A DNA stretch of 63,795 nucleotides, counting the filler, from Klebsormidium nitens (lineage: Eukaryota; Plantae; Klebsormidiophyceae): assembly GCA_000708835.1 (NCBI GenBank). It is 6 parts of 6 records of this genome, joined end to end, with 100 filler letters (N's around TTAATTAATTAA, not from the genome) between each part and the next. Parts side by side here need not be neighbours in the genome. Positions count along the whole stretch, not along the records: positions 44,388 to 56,517 come from DF238103.1; positions 56,618 to 63,795 come from DF237672.1; 4 more parts are not named here. The stretch is one strand, 5' to 3'. The position numbers and the translations under genes are program-made. Numbering within the stretch: position 1 is the first letter of the stretch; each line of letters starts with the position of its first letter. Under the pieces are notes generated by a model. It did not search any database and was not told the DNA's origin. It saw nothing but the letters and a program-made list of their open reading frames with translations. Positions 45,124-59,600 of this stretch are shown here, one piece after another.

Positions 45124-48100
45124 ATGGCATCCCCAGCTTGGGAAGCCGACAAGATGTGAGTGACTACAGCTTTGGGCAGACGGCATTCTGGTCACTTAGC
45201 GCTGCGCTTCTTTGATCAGCAATATTAACCTTCCTTGATGAATTTGTCCAAGTCAGATGTGTTGCACCCCAATGTTGTTATAACAGCACCACTCCCAGTT
45301 CTGTATGGCTGAGTTTCTTGAATCCTACCTCTATTTTAACCCCAGCATTGCCCATTGAATCAAGATGCAGGCGTGATGACAAGCTGCACTGCTTCTACAT
45401 TGGTTCTTATTGCCCGAATTCAGAGCTTTGAATTATGTTGGTTGCTGCAAGATTTGCGCAAATGCAGTATCTTGTCAACATCGTTTGGACGCACTGCTGC
45501 TTGTTGAAGTGCTTGTTTAGAAAGATTTAAAAAAATGCTCTCGAGGAGGCGGACTCGCATACCATTTGCTCATTTATACTGAGAAGATCGGTGATGCTGT
45601 TTGATGAGGAAGTTGCTGCTACATTGAAATCTTTTTGCGGCAGCCTGTCTCACTAGCTGCTTAATTTATGGCAAAAACCAACCCTAGAGGCAATGAGCTG
45701 AGGCTTGTTAAATATCACCACGGCAAGCGTAATAGCAAGAGGTTTTCAATACAGTCCAAACACGCTGTCTCTCACTATATTGGAAGTATATTCGGGAACT
45801 GAGCATAGCAGGAATAGAAAAGAGCGGGGCAATGTAGTTGGAGGGGATTCTTCTGCTCTTTATTGCTTGCCTCAGTCAGTTCTCCCTTGTGCTTGAGAGG
45901 AATTTTGCAACCTGGCCACTGCTGGCCCTTTCTAAGATCAGCTTACAGGTTATAGCCGTTTTGCTCTACATTCTGTTGAGTTGATGCGAGCTGCTGCAAG
46001 TTTGTTCTGAAGGACATTTTGTCATTCGTTTAGTATAGCCTTGAACCACCCTGGTCAATCTGAATGATCCGACTTGTTACTTCCCATGATGCGGATCCAA
46101 GTGTCATCCTCCCAAAAAGCGCTACGGGTTTCGCGGCGACGGCCCAGGAATGAAAGGCTGGCAGAGGGATGCAGGCTGGTAGATCCTGAAGCCAACAAAC
46201 TATTGTTGGGACTTTCGTTGGTTACAATCTGGACCAGACTTACAGCATTTCTGGCCTGCGAGGACCTATCGCCAATCAGGGCATGTTCGCGGGTCCGAAA
46301 TTGAGAAATGACGCTACTGTTTTTATATCCTCTAAAGTTCAATCAGTGGACTCAAAAGTGTCAACGCCTTTTCACAGACCAGGAAGTCACTGTTTTGGCA
46401 GGAGTCAAAGAAGCGTCTAATGGACGTGTAAGGAACGAGAATGGAAAAATGAAGTCAGTCATTTCAAGCTTTTGCGCTCTCGTCGAAGTCATTAAGAAAT
46501 CCCACACGGTTTTGTTACTGAATACCCATGTCGACTGCAGGCTTGATGCATACATCTATGACTACTTGCAAAAACGGAAACTCGCGAGGTCAGCTGAGGC
46601 CTTCATGATGGAAGCAAACGTGTCTGCTGATCCTGTTGGTAAGTTGTTTTGGCATGGTGGTGGGGCCTGTGAATCTGCGCTCCGCGTGTGGTGTTGCATA
46701 TGCTACGGGGCAGGGAATTTGCCTCGCTCAGCTTGATTTTGGTTTCATTTCGGTTGGCTGTGGCGTTCTTAGCGCTTGTCATTGAAAAGGTCCTCAACTG
46801 CATCAGGCAAAATTATCCGAGTTGTGGATGTGCTTTGGATCAAACAAATCACTCTAGCCCTGTCATTTCTCATCTTGTTATGAGCCACCATTCATCCTTG
46901 AGGGGAAGCCGTTGCATGGGGGGTCCAAAGTGGGACTTAGTATCAGCGTACTCTCCTCTGTGTCTGCAGCAATCGATGCCCCTGGGGGTTTCCTCTTCGA
47001 ATGGTGGTCAGTGTTCTGGGACATCTTCATCGCTCGGACAAACGAGAAGCATTCAGACGTTGCGCACTCCTACATTGAGGTGAGTACACGTGCGGCCATT
47101 ATTTTCCTTTTCTTTGTTCTTTCAACAACGCTGATACTCAACTAATCCCTGGAACGCTCAACTTTTCTAGGAAACACAACAAGAGGGGCAAAAGCACTTA
47201 GGAAAACCTGCACCGTGAAACATCTGTCAGGCAAGATTTAAGATTTGAGGTCTCTACAGAGTGCGGATGTGAGCCAACAGATCGTGCCACACAGAGAGTG
47301 GCAAGTTGCTGTTTGTGAACCCGCAATGTTTGTAACTTACAAGTGTGCCCTGTAATACTCATGAATTGGCTGAAGGTCGATCTTTTTGCTTCCTTCTTTC
47401 CAGTCAAAAGAGTGGAGCAAACCTGTATTGATATGATCATCCTGCAAGGATTGGGGACGAGCATCAGACGTTCTCTGGTAGGAGCACTCAAAGAAGGACT
47501 GTTCGTGGCTTCTCATACAGGGCAGAAATCCCCCTGTTCTTTTGCTTTTCGGATGGTCACAGGGCCTTGATGGCAGCAGAATCTTTCCTGAAGGCTGTGT
47601 ATTTCTTTGTGCAGGCTCAGCAGGCTAAGGTGAAGGAGCAGCGGCAACAGGCCCTGCAGCAGCAGCAGCAGGCGCAGCTGCATGCCCAGCAGCAACAGAT
47701 TCAGCAGCAACAACAGGCCCAACAGGGCCTCGCGTCGCAACAGCAGGCAACCTCGCAGTGGCAGCTGTTGCAGAACCAGCTTCAAATGCAGCAGCAACGT
47801 CAGGTCAGGAGTGACAAGCGGGAGGACCAGGATGTGTCCGCCTATTCTGACCTGGGCGTCTTTAATAAGCAGTTGGACATTCTGGTCAGTATTGAACTCA
47901 TATGGCTTCTGTGTGCAACTGGCATCAAGTCCACCCCTGGTGTTCTGCACCTTAGCATCGCAAGTTTGATCAAGTCTGTGATCAGAGCTGCGAAAGCAGT
48001 ACGCTTGCCCTTGTTCTTGTGCACTCCGTCCGTTTCATCCTTGAGACCGGAAGCATTCAAACGTACTCTTTTGTGCATCAGGCGGCACAGAGGCGAGAAA

Positions 48101-51100
48101 ATGCTCCCAATGGGGCAACGCAATCTGGCATTACGACGGAGACCCTGATGCGGCACTCTCCTGCTAACCTCCTTGCGACCAAGCTGTACCAGGAGAACTT
48201 GAAAAGTCCAAGGCTTCCAGAGGGGATGAGTCTGGACGAAGCGATTCTTAAAGTGAGTGGCTCTCGCGTGATCTGCTTGAGGGGCGAATACTTGACCTAG
48301 GAGTTTGACCTTTGAGGAGAGCCGCAAATATCATCAGCGCTAGAAGACTTTGTATGGTTACTCTCTGCATGTACTGGACGTGTAGGGAGGCAGTGCTGAC
48401 GCGTACTATCCACTTCGCCCGCCATGCATCGCTTCTCGCCCCCTGAATCATCCTCTATTGAGCTTCTAAAACCCGACAAAGAGAAGAGCTTTTTCTATGC
48501 AGCCAGGGTGACGTTTGTTCCAATTGCAGGCCCTCATAACTGACCCAATTGCAATCGATTACGTATCAAGCTAACGACATATCCAACCCCTGCAGCGATA
48601 TGCGGAGGCGAATGCGGGCCAGATCTTGCAACCGCAACAGCAAGCCACCTTGCTTCGGTCCACATCTGCAAACACGTCCGGATTGCCGAACTCGTTGTCT
48701 GATCTGGACACCTCCATAGCAAGGTAAGCCGTTGTGAAAGCTTGCTGTGGTCCAGACTCCGTTCTTCGCAGGTTATCCAAAGCACAACTTGTTCAGAGTG
48801 TTGGGTGGATACAAAAGTGCATAGTCCGCTGTCTATCCCGTAGATCGAAGGCGACACTTGTGGGACGGAAGGTTTTGCACCTTGTGATTTGATCGCCGAT
48901 GCAACTCTCGTCCCTTGTTCTGATGTTAGGCTGGCTGTTTGCAGACAAATCTTGGCAGCCAACGGAGCTAGTAATGCTGCAGTTATTCAACAGGCACGGA
49001 CGCAGCTTCTATCGCCGGGGCTGAACCAGGTGGGCAGCTCTCTTACTTCGGGCTCCGTCATCCTCTCCTGCATCTGTATTGCTTGGGACATGTTCTGCGA
49101 CCGAGATCCGTAGGAATACTTCTGGCAGCATAGATGGAACCTTCTGCTTTCCTTCGATTTGTCGACAGTTGGGGTCGAATCCTTGCTGGTGCCGAATGTG
49201 CCTCCTCAGACGGTTAATTATGACTTTGCAGGATGACAAGTCGTCGATCATGGGGAGGCAGAGCAGCCCCCCGAGAGCGGACATGGTGGCTGCGCTGACC
49301 AAAGCGGGCTTCTCTGGTAAGCCCACGTCCTGTCGCGCCGAAACCAAGGAAAGTTGATCGTCGACTTCTTTAGCCTCACATGCGCTTGCCAACCTTGTCC
49401 CTTGCCTCTTGTCGAGCTTGGCCCCTTGATCCCCAGCTAGATTTTCGAACGATCGTGTCTCAAACGGGCGTGTGAAGTCCTTGCCTTTGATGAAGCCCGG
49501 CTGACCAGGACGCTCAGACCTAGGGACGACTCTGATTCTCGCCCCTCTGCCCTCCAGCCGGCCAGTTGGCCACTCAGGCACTTGGCAAGAACTGGCCGGC
49601 GGCCAACATTGAGCAGATCCGGCAGCAGCAGCAGCAGCAAGCCGCACATCAGCAGCTCCAACAGGCGGCTCAGCAGCAGCAAGCGGCGGCGCAACAGCAA
49701 CAGCAGCAAAATCAACAACAAGCCCAACAGGTGAGGCTCGTGAAGCTGCAGCGCCAATCGAAGCCCTGCTGGGCCGGGCGATTGTGCTACCCCTCTGCCG
49801 GCTTTGGTGTCCAGGCAACAAAGTGCGAGTCTTTGGTACCGCAGTGGGAGACGATTTCTAGCTTGTTATGCGGACTCTTGCCCTTCCCACTTTTCCAGCA
49901 CTTTCTTTTCAGAAAGAACGAGGTAACCCACGTCGTACGAACATGACTCTTCGCCTATAAGCAACTCACGTAATGGGCGTGCAAAAACCTCGTAAGTCAG
50001 CCCCGGTGTCCCGTCTCTAAGCCCCCTCACCCTTTGCACTCTTCGTGCAGGCCCAGCAGCAGCAGCAGCAGACCTCTCATCAGCCGCCGCAGCTGCAGCG
50101 GCAGGGCAGCAATGTGTCCGCCGGCCAGTTCCAGTTCCAGTCCCCCCAGCAGTATCAGCAGTTCCAGATGCTCAGCCCCCTGCAGCAGCGAGAGCTGCTC
50201 ATGCACGCACAGGCGCAGCAGGCAGCGGCATTGGGACAAAACCAACAAGAAAGGTGGGCAAATTCTTACTTTGCATCCTTCGTTTTCCGTTCATAATTCC
50301 GAGGGCGGATTGGTAATATGCCGGCTGCAAGCATGCACCCGTCTTTTTAGATATGACTGTCTGAATGAACTTTTCCCTTAACAGGCATGGGTACTGCAGT
50401 ATGCCTGTTGGCTAGATAAGACTGATGTTCCTGGTGCGATTTCTTGAGAAGGAAGAGGCGGAAGTCTAGTTAGCGAAACAGTGCGAATCTGGTCAGGGAC
50501 CCGTTCGAACGAAATGACGGTGCATTGAGAGATTGTGCTCGGTCCCGAGCTCGTCGGCAACATGAGCCGCTCATGGGCGCTCTCGCAGGTTGCGCCAGAT
50601 GATGGCCGGGAAGGGCTTTGGGCACGAGGGCAGCCAAAACGGCAGCCCCGGGGCGAGCTCCAACAGCCAGGGCCCCACGCTGCCCCTCCAACAGCAGGAG
50701 CTGCTGCTCAAGGTAAGCGCCAAGGGATGCCGATAAGTTACGCAATATGTCAGCTCTATCCTCAACGGGCGCTGCGATCCTTCTCAACCGATGTGAGGAT
50801 GCCGATTCAAATGTTAGGATCATTGTCGGTACTGGATGCGTGAAAGTGGTACTCCTCGGATTGGCAACTAGAAGGCAAGTGTAATGGTCACATTTGCGAA
50901 GCAGCTGCAGTCAGTAAGGGGCTACGCTCGTTTCTCTTGATCAACTGCGTCATCGATCTGCGTAGGAAGCGCTCTAAAATGAGCAAGTCCCACAGCCGAG
51001 AAGTCCACGTAGCACTGGCTATTAAGCCCTTGATTGTGCAAGGGCCTACTAGGATAGTAGTTCTCTTTGATTGCCTTTTTTTACTCAAGGGCCTCCTCTT

Positions 51101-54100
51101 CTACTCAACGCCTCCGTTATGTAACTCGTCTACTATGTGGGCCGTTTGCGTTGCCATCGTCTCCTATCATTTCAGCTGCATGATCGTAAGTCGGTCCAAG
51201 TACATATTGAACCACTTTTCTCCTGTCAATGCAGTTGCAAGCCCAGCGGTCTGCCAACCAACTCCAGGCACAGTTCCACCAGCAACAACAACAAGTGGCA
51301 GCAGCCGCTGCCGCGTTGCAAAAGGGGGGCCAGAACGGCCCCGGAAACTCCCCCCACCTTCAACAACTACTACGGCAGAGTTCCAACCACTCTCTGCAAG
51401 TGGGGGCAAACGGGGTGATCCCCCAACCCGGGGGGGATCACCCGGCAACTTCCACTGACAGCCGAAAGACTGGAAAGGGGGCCGGGGGAAGGAAACGGAA
51501 ACAACCGGGAACGAATTCGAACGCAGTGCCAACCTCGAGCACGGGGACGGGAACCACAGTGGGGGGTTCGATGGCGGGGGCGTCGGAGCCCCCCACACCG
51601 ACGACTAACCGGAACGAGGCGCTTCTGGCGAGTTTACAGCAGTCGAGCGACGCGTTGAGGGGGGCGCACGTGGGGTATGGAGAGGGAAGGGCCGACGCGC
51701 AAGCCACTGTGAGCCACTGCGAGTCCCTTCCTCTCCTTGGTCTCACCTTGCGAGCCAGTGTGTTGGACCGGGCAGCGCTTTTTGGCCTGAGCTTTCAGGT
51801 AGTAGGACGACTGAAAACGCACGAAGCGCATGAACGAACGAACGAATATCTGGATTACTCCTTCGGTCATCATTTGAAATAGAGTGGTCTGGACTGGTCT
51901 GGTTGGGGAATTGCAGGCATGCGCGGGACGTGAGTCTGACACGTGTCGTGGTGCGACTGATGTAGGAGAAGGTCGGAGAAGTGCATTTGCTTCGTTGTTG
52001 CTCACTGTCGTCAGGCGATGCTTTCCACGCCCAGTTTCGCTAGCTTAAAGTAATGGCCTGGACTTTCCCATGAGAATCAACGCGAAGAAGCCGCGGATTC
52101 TTCTGCTCTAAGGTGCGAGGCCGCGAGGGCACAGTAGACTTGTGTGCGCTTGGTCGATTGACCTGAACTACAGTATTATGAGGGCGGAAAGGTTTAATTG
52201 TCTCCTTTTTGTCCTGCAGAGTGACCCCAGTCCCGAGGACGGTTCCATTGATCACGTCGAAACTTTCCTTTCGGCCGAGGCCGCAGACGACCTGCATTTG
52301 CGGGATGCGTTATTTGCTGCAAATAAGGAGGACGAACCGCACCCCAAACGTGAGCTCCATTTCATAGCTCTTCACGTTGTTCTCATTTGGCCAATCTCAT
52401 CTGGGCAATCCTCTTCTTACCTCATCTAAACACCTTCTTGCTTCTTCTAGGCTAACATGTGTCCATGTAAAGATTGCATTATTGGACTAGCATCCGACTT
52501 TCTAGACGATGACAAACCATTGGCTCGGCTCAGTGTTTTGGCAGGCAGCCGTTCGCTGGACTTGATCTCTTACCCGACAACGAGGAACGACGTGTGCCTC
52601 CGTCCTTGTGCAGAGGTGGTGACGTCAGGCTTTTTGTTCGCTGAATGCGGAGTGTTGCGTGCGAGCACGGGGAAAGTGGTCAGCTGTCACTTTTCCCTGG
52701 ACGGCAAAATCCTGGCCACTGCGGGCCACGATAAGAAGGTGAGTTTGTTTGCGGAATGCCTGCGAACACTAAAAACAGAGACGGACTGGGGAGTCCGCGT
52801 CTGTCGAAATGCTTCTCAGCTGAACGGTCTACGGGGTCGTGCCTAGTTCTTGTTGCATTCCCTCTTCTGCACGGGTAACTGTTGATCCGGAGCCCAGAAA
52901 GCATGTTCGTAAACTGGACCAGTTTCATCTTTACGGCTGTTGTCTTCAACATCCCTCCAACCTGCTATCTTTGCTTTTTGAACAGCCCTCTGCACTACTT
53001 CTTCGCTGCACCTGCCAAGCACAGCCTTGTGGCAAATCTGACGCTTCATTATAGAACCACTCCCGAACAGAGCAAAGGTCCGAAGTGACTGAGAACTTGC
53101 AGATGCCGCAGAATCTGTAAGCAGAGCGCTCACCGAGCGGGTCTCCTAAGGATCTTGAGTCTGACCTTTTGAAGCTTCCCTGCAGGCTATCTTGTGGGAC
53201 GTGGACACGCAAAAGATCCGGAATCGGCTAGAGGAGCACACACTAATCATCACGGACGTCCGGTTCGCCGCTACCTCCAACCGGCTTGCGACGTCGTCCT
53301 TTGACAAGACTGTTCGCGTGTGGGACGCTGACAGCGTAAGGCTCTTGTGGCGCTGGTCTAAGAGGTGCAAGCAGATTCTGCACATGTGCTTCGAGGTGTT
53401 CGCTGACGCCGCATTTGTTCGTGGAGTTGGCTTCTTCTTCGTTAACAGAGAGTAAGGGGCCGGCACAAGCTCAGAGCGACTTCGAGAGGGAGATGTTCGT
53501 GCTTACTTGTCGCTTCTTTTATGATTTCTGAGCATAAGCAAGACTCAGAAGAATTTCTCGAACTTTGTAAACCGCCAATCTGCTGAACAAGGACTACACT
53601 TCCACGTTGGGCTCATTGGTCTGTAAGCCTTCAAGAAATCTTTCGTCGAGCGTGCTTGTTGCTGTCTTCTTATGTGTGCACAGTTATCGAACCAGTGTAT
53701 GTGCCCGTTGGCAACGCCAAGGGCTGAAAAATGTATTACCATCGCAGTCCCCAGAATCCTCAGAATCCTGAACAGAACAGGACACATCATCAACAATTTT
53801 TGAGCACGAAGTCTGCGGGCTTTTGCATCTCGTGATGTAGGCAAATTAGTCAGAGTGCAGCGAGTTCTGCTACAAAGGACTTGAAAGGATTCCCTGTTGA
53901 GCCCAAAGGTTCTCAAGTACGGAGACGATTCTCGGAAGGTCCTGATTTTCCTTGTTGTGGCCGCAGGAGAGTTCGTGTTCGCTGCGCACGTTTGCGCGCC
54001 ACCAGCAGTCGGTGATGTCAGTCGACTTCCACCCCGCGAATGATGACGTTGTGTGCTCGTGTGACTCCGATGGGGAGGTGCGCATGTGGAGCGTCGACAA

Positions 54101-55912
54101 AGGCACGTGCACACGAGTGTTCAAGGTGGGTGGATGTAATGAAGATTGACTAAACCTTTGGTGTCCGTGAGGTACGACTAAGAATCTTCTGCCGCCCCAG
54201 ATTATGCGGAAGCAGACGTCTCAGCCGGATTGCGGCGCAGAGTCCAACAAGACGTTCCCGGAATGCTTCTCTTGCTCCGACCCATTTATATGTCCTTCGT
54301 CCTATTCCTACTTGGGCTCTCGGACTAGCGTCTTTCGGCATCTTAGCAATGTCGTCTTGGAGAACTCATGCGTTCTGTTGAACCAACATTCAACTCTTAC
54401 TGGTCGTCGCTTGAATGCTCCTCCAACTCTTCCTTCCAGAACGTCTATCTTTTGTCAAAAGCGCTCGGATACTTTTGCTGGTTACCCCCTGGCCCCAGGT
54501 GCGCCACACAAATCTCAGGACTTATCCCCATACCTCGTGATCATTGCAGGGCGCGTCGATGCAAGTCCGATTCCAACCTCGGACAGGTCTGCTGCTCGCC
54601 ATGGCGTCCGAGGACTCCGTGACCATGTACGACCTCGAATCGGAACAGCCCCGATTCACGTTGCAGGTAATTACTCTGAAGCATTCGAAACGGACGCTCA
54701 GTGGTTCCCGCACGCCGTTTAAGGCAAGCTGTGCTAGACACGGTTAGGTGGAAGTCGAGCAGCAGATTCCCGAAGCATCCCCGAAGCATCGGCGTTCGGT
54801 CTTAGCAACCGAAGTGGGTCGTCCAGTGACAGCTGACAAGTAGCTCTAGTTCTGCGCACTTTGCTTTGAGCAGAATGGCACCCTCAGACTCAAGTCGCTC
54901 GAAGAAAGTGTCGGGGCCAAAAAGTACTAAAGGTGCACTATGCGGTACTGGTTGCAGGATGTTTCAGATTCAGAATGAGTACATCATGAGCAGCTTCAGC
55001 GAACTTGACTGAGCGAACCCGACTTGCATCGCAACTGAATGTTGCCGCGAATTACTTTTCTCTCCCACAGCGGCACGCGGAGCCCGTGCAAGCCGTGTGC
55101 TGGGACCCAATGGGTGACGTCATGGCGTCCGTCAGCGAGGACAGCGTCCGCATCTGGGCGTTCGGGACGGGCGGGGGCGAGGGGGAGTGCCTGCACGAGC
55201 TCATCAGCAGCGGCAACAAGTTCCACTCGTGCGTCTTCCACCCGACATACACGTCGCTCCTCGTCATCGGATGCTATGAGGTGAGGTCATCAGAGCCCTT
55301 GGGTTCCAGAAAATTGGGAGTGAGGGTAAGGTATGTGTAACGGGGTTTGGGAAGTCTGTGGCTTTAACCGCTTAAGAGGTTGGGGTAGGGAATCAGGGTC
55401 TCCGGTTTCCAGTTTCGTTCGGGGCGACAACTTGGGGGCTTTCCGTTGTCGTGCTCGCAGAATGCATTTGACGCCAGGGCTTTCTCGGTGTCAGGGGAAG
55501 TAAAATGGGCATGTCAGTGGCCTAGGGTCTTGCAGGCTAGGGTCGTATGTGCATGCCTTGAGCCAATTATTTTGATTGGAGACTCAAAGTCACGCAAGGT
55601 GTTCCTGCAGCCAAATTGCGGACCTCTTCTGCTTCTGTGAAGTTCAGCACTCTAGTGATCATCGCTGCGCTGTCTCAAATCTTTTATAGTTAGCTGCGGG
55701 AGATATAGGTCCCGTTTCTGTAGGCGGCTTCGATCGTCCCTTTTCCAAATCTGCCTCTCTCTGTGCAGTCTCTGGAGCTTTGGAACATGATGGAGAACAA
55801 GAGTATGACAGTGATGGCCCATGAGGGCCTTATAGCATCCCTTGCACAGTCACGGGTGACCGGAATGGTCGCCTCCGCCAGCCACGACAAATCTGTCAAG
55901 CTGTGGAAGTGA
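45124..55912 (+). CDS. LUG: LEUNIG/LEUNIG_HOMOLOG transcriptional co-repressor (LisH/LUFS, polyQ, WD40)
   Basis: [11 protein letters not shown]|[14 protein letters not shown] (45124-45155, 46541-46638), [28 protein letters not shown] (46970-47079), Q-rich exons, [21 protein letters not shown]40 exons 52614-52738, 53186-53335, 53967-54125, 54550-54666, 55071-55280, 55769-55912 end [14 protein letters not shown]. Some central exon boundaries are not fully resolved. Confidence 0.96.
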
Positions 55913-56517
55913 CATGAACTGGCGGAAAGGGAGCTGGTGGGGGCATCTGACTCGAAGGGATATACTAATGAACAGATTCGGAGAGGTGTTATGAGTTTGT
56001 CAACTCCCGGGCGATGGGGTAAAGCCTGTTGTCCGATGTGTTGTCCGATGGGCAAGCTCGCCTGTTCGATGGCGTTGCAAGGTGGCTTAGAAATTGTTTA
56101 AGGATAGGCTATCCTTAACAACGCTTGGTTATTCTTAACAACGTACGGTAATCGCGCGTAGGTGTTCGAGTCGTCTAAGTGCGTCCCTCCAGCCCGTAGC
56201 AAGACATCAAAGATGTTGGCAATCTGGGGCAGTGCAACCTAATAAACTTGAAGAGTTCTCCGTGTTTGTGTCTCCTTGGTCAAGCCGCATGTCGCGTGCC
56301 AGGTTTTTAGACTAGTCACTGAGACGTGACAACGCTTCATGTTAGACTGAGAATGTGAACAACGGCCTATCGAAGCGCGTGGCATGGTCCGACTACTACA
56401 ACCGCCAATCGGACCAGAATATCCGATGCATGGCCCAGTGGGCGCATTAACATGAGGCCAGCTATATAATTGTCACGCGAGTGTCGCGCCAGATTGTATC
56501 GCGACCGGGTTATCTCG

Positions 56518-56617
56518 NNNNNNNNNNNNNNNNNNNNNNNNNNNNNNNNNNNNNNNNNNNNTTAATTAATTAANNNNNNNNNNNNNNNNNNNNNNNNNNN
56601 NNNNNNNNNNNNNNNNN
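56518..56617. other. Assembly gap with TTAATTAATTAA linker
   Basis: 100-nt N run with internal linker. Confidence 0.98.
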
Positions 56618-59600
56618 CCTGCTCGCCCAGGTCCGCCCGGTTCCGGCCGCCGTCTTCCTGGGGATCTGCATCCCTGACCCGCATCGTAGGGCGCGGCGGC
56701 CGCAACAGTGTAGGCGCATGCTGCTCCAGGTACTTCTCAAGGTGCGCCTCGTCCAGCATCGCGCAGCGCTGCAGGTCCGTAGTTGAGTAGAGCCCCGCCA
56801 GGTGGTCTGCGACGAGGTCCGAGCTGCCCTCGCTCGGTTCGAGGAAGCGATCGCTCCCATTCTTCCTCGAGCGCAGCATGCGCCAGCACTGGAACTTGGA
56901 ATAGACCGTGCCGTCCCAGATCAGCTTGGGGCGCCCCCGCTGATCTTCCGTCCAGACGAACTCAGCGCTGCGTGCGAGACAGGGGGGCGGGTTCTTCTGA
57001 AAGTGGTCGAAGGCCTTCGCAAACAGGCTGCGCGCCCGGCTGTCCTCCAGGTAGAACCCCTTGAGCACCGCGTGAACGCTGTACTTGAAACCCCCCGGGA
57101 CCGCCCCATGCGCCGTACTCTCCTCGAACCGGACTGCCTCTTTCGGCACCCCCAAAACTGCCTCCAAGAACCCGTCCCTGAGCCGATCGAAGTGTCTCTT
57201 TCGCTCAGCAAACTCTGCATCCCTCGCCCTGACTGCCTCCTCGTAGTCGCCCGCGTCTGCGCTTGCTGTCAAAGGCACGTAGTAGTCCAGGTCCAGGTAG
57301 ATGAGCGAAGGGGCCTCTTCGAGCAGACACTCGTACAGGTGCTGGCCCCGAGCGCTAAGACGGTTGCAATAAGCCACCAGCGCGGGGACGTCCTTGAAGC
57401 TTGTGTACATCTTGACACCGCTGTTCGGCGCGACGTCGGAGGCAACGAGGATGGCGTGGCCGTGGAGGTGCTTCCAAGCCACGGCGAGGTCTCTGGGTCC
57501 CCTGCCGGACGGACTCTCCCTGCTTTTGAACCACTGCTGGCCGTAGAGCCTGGTCGTTGTGTGCTTCTGCAGGGTGTTCAAACGAAAAGGGATCAGAAAG
57601 CTGCGCGACTGAGAACCCAATGGCCGTTCAGCTGTGAGCACTGGCCTGTTTACGGCATACCGCTGAAGCTGAGGCACAATCACGTTCTTAAGCGGTTTCA
57701 GGAAGCGAACAACAGACCAAGAGCCGATCGTAAGCAAGGACAGCGTGTACAATGCTACAATAGAGGCTCGTAGCAGACCGTGCAAGCTTCTCAACGGAGT
57801 ATTTTGATAAACAAAGAGGCGAAAGCATCTCTTCAAGTGCCTTCTTTACAGTTCGTACATAAGAAACTTAAGTCGACGAACAACGGACTCGAGCAGGAAG
57901 TCAAGTTGGTCGCTTTGGGACCGGAAGTAGAAAGACTCTTTCAACGTGCAGGGAAAGTCACGCCGATCCTCACCAGCAGTCCGCCAACAGACTCCTCATC
58001 TACAGCCGGAGCTGGTGTGGTCCAATTCTGCCCGACGCCGCTTGCTTCCAAAACCTCCTCCGCTTCCTACACGCAGAAGCAGACTTTGTAAGCGTGTGCA
58101 CGGCACAGACGAATCTTGAGAATCTTGTAAATGATTGTGTCGAAGTCAAAAAACGCCTAGCTATATAAGCATACCAATCATCCAAGCGCAGATTTTTGAC
58201 TCCAGGAAGCAAGAACGGCCATCCCACACTCAGGTAAGTCGTAGTTGATGGCGCTAACCAAGAGTCAAAACTCGCTTCCTAACATAAGCATGTTCATCAA
58301 AAAGGTCCCAAGTTTTGACTCTGAACCAAGAAGGACCGTTCGACCAAACCCCTAAGTGAGCCAAGGTGACGGCGCTTTTGACGAAACTTGCCCGATTCAA
58401 AAAAGCATACCATGCACAACCGCGCAGAAACAAATCGTAAGTCGGAACGATCACTCCATTCGGTTTCTCCTTCAAAACATCATAGGTAATGGCGCCGAGA
58501 GTCAAAAGTCGCCGAACATTCTAAGCATAGCAATCCTGAAGAAGCAGACATTTGACTCCGACCCCAGCAAGGACTCAATCGGATTGAGAAAGGAAGAACC
58601 TGCGAAGTGCGCCGCTGACATGGCTATTTTGGAACACCACAGATTCGAGTGGCAGACATGGAACAAAAAGAAACGATCTCGTCCACACGAATCTCACCTG
58701 ATCTTCCATGGCCACATCGTCTCGAGTTGCTGGGTCTTTGTTAGCTGACTGCCCGCCATCCGCCAGACCCGCCCGCCCTCCTTCAGATGCAGCCAGCTGG
58801 GACAGGATTATACAAGTGAGTGCAAGAAAGGCCCTCTTCGACTTGGTCAAGCTAAAGCGTCGTCATATTCTCTTTTGTGGCGCGCCTGCTTAGCAATAAT
58901 GAGCTTGACCTGACCCAAAGTTTGGGCCAGCAGCCTGCTATCCAGGTCGACCGGGCCCTGCTTTTCACCTTCACCCTTGACATCTGAGCGCACCGTACCA
59001 AGCTCCTGTGTTTCGTACATGCAGCAAGTCGGGTCAGAGCATCGGCCTGAGCCTTGGGTTCGAAGGGGCGTACCTGAGAGGAGTCGCAACTTGAGGCGCC
59101 GCCAGCAGAGCTGCTGCCAGGCCCGTTGACACGTGAGCGCAGCCTGCGAAACGGACTGTGAGCCACGTCTTGCCGCTTGCGCCTTTTGACCACCAGGGGG
59201 GGCAGCTCGTCGTCTGATTCGCCCATCTCCTTGTTCATTTGAGCGTACTCAACGACAAGATTGACCGCTTCCTGTGACTCAGAATCGTGGAGAAAATCGA
59301 GATCTTTCGATGTCGGCTCTTCCGGCTCTTCTTCCTCGTAGTCCCAGTCCTGCTTGATCTCAAGATCGACCTCGCTGGCGTCGGAGGTGCTCGAATCCTG
59401 GAGAATTGAGGGATAACTCGCGCTTAGAACGTTCTCTGGTCTTAGACTGGTTTCCCGTTGAGACTTAGACGGGACAATCGTGAGATAGATGCTGAGGGGA
59501 CATCCTGCTTCATTGCAACCAATCACGCTAATATGTGAAGACCCGGTTGAAAGGTTAGCAATGAGCTGCTCAAGGTCCACAGATGTTTGCTGCGTTACAA

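Noticed and set aside
47615-51320. PolyQ/CAG-rich tracts
   Set aside because: An ordinary feature of LEUNIG-family proteins.
56618-57566. Calling this the host PRIMPOL orthologue
   Set aside because: Motifs I and III diverge from the cellular consensus and the N-terminal architecture is unlike cellular PrimPol, so no gene symbol is given pending a phylogeny.
56802-57773. Long plus-strand ORF (323 aa), and similar overlapping ORFs at 33625-34089, 42053-42784 and 42211-42816
   Set aside because: Antisense or off-frame shadows of GC-rich coding sequences with clear motifs in another frame.
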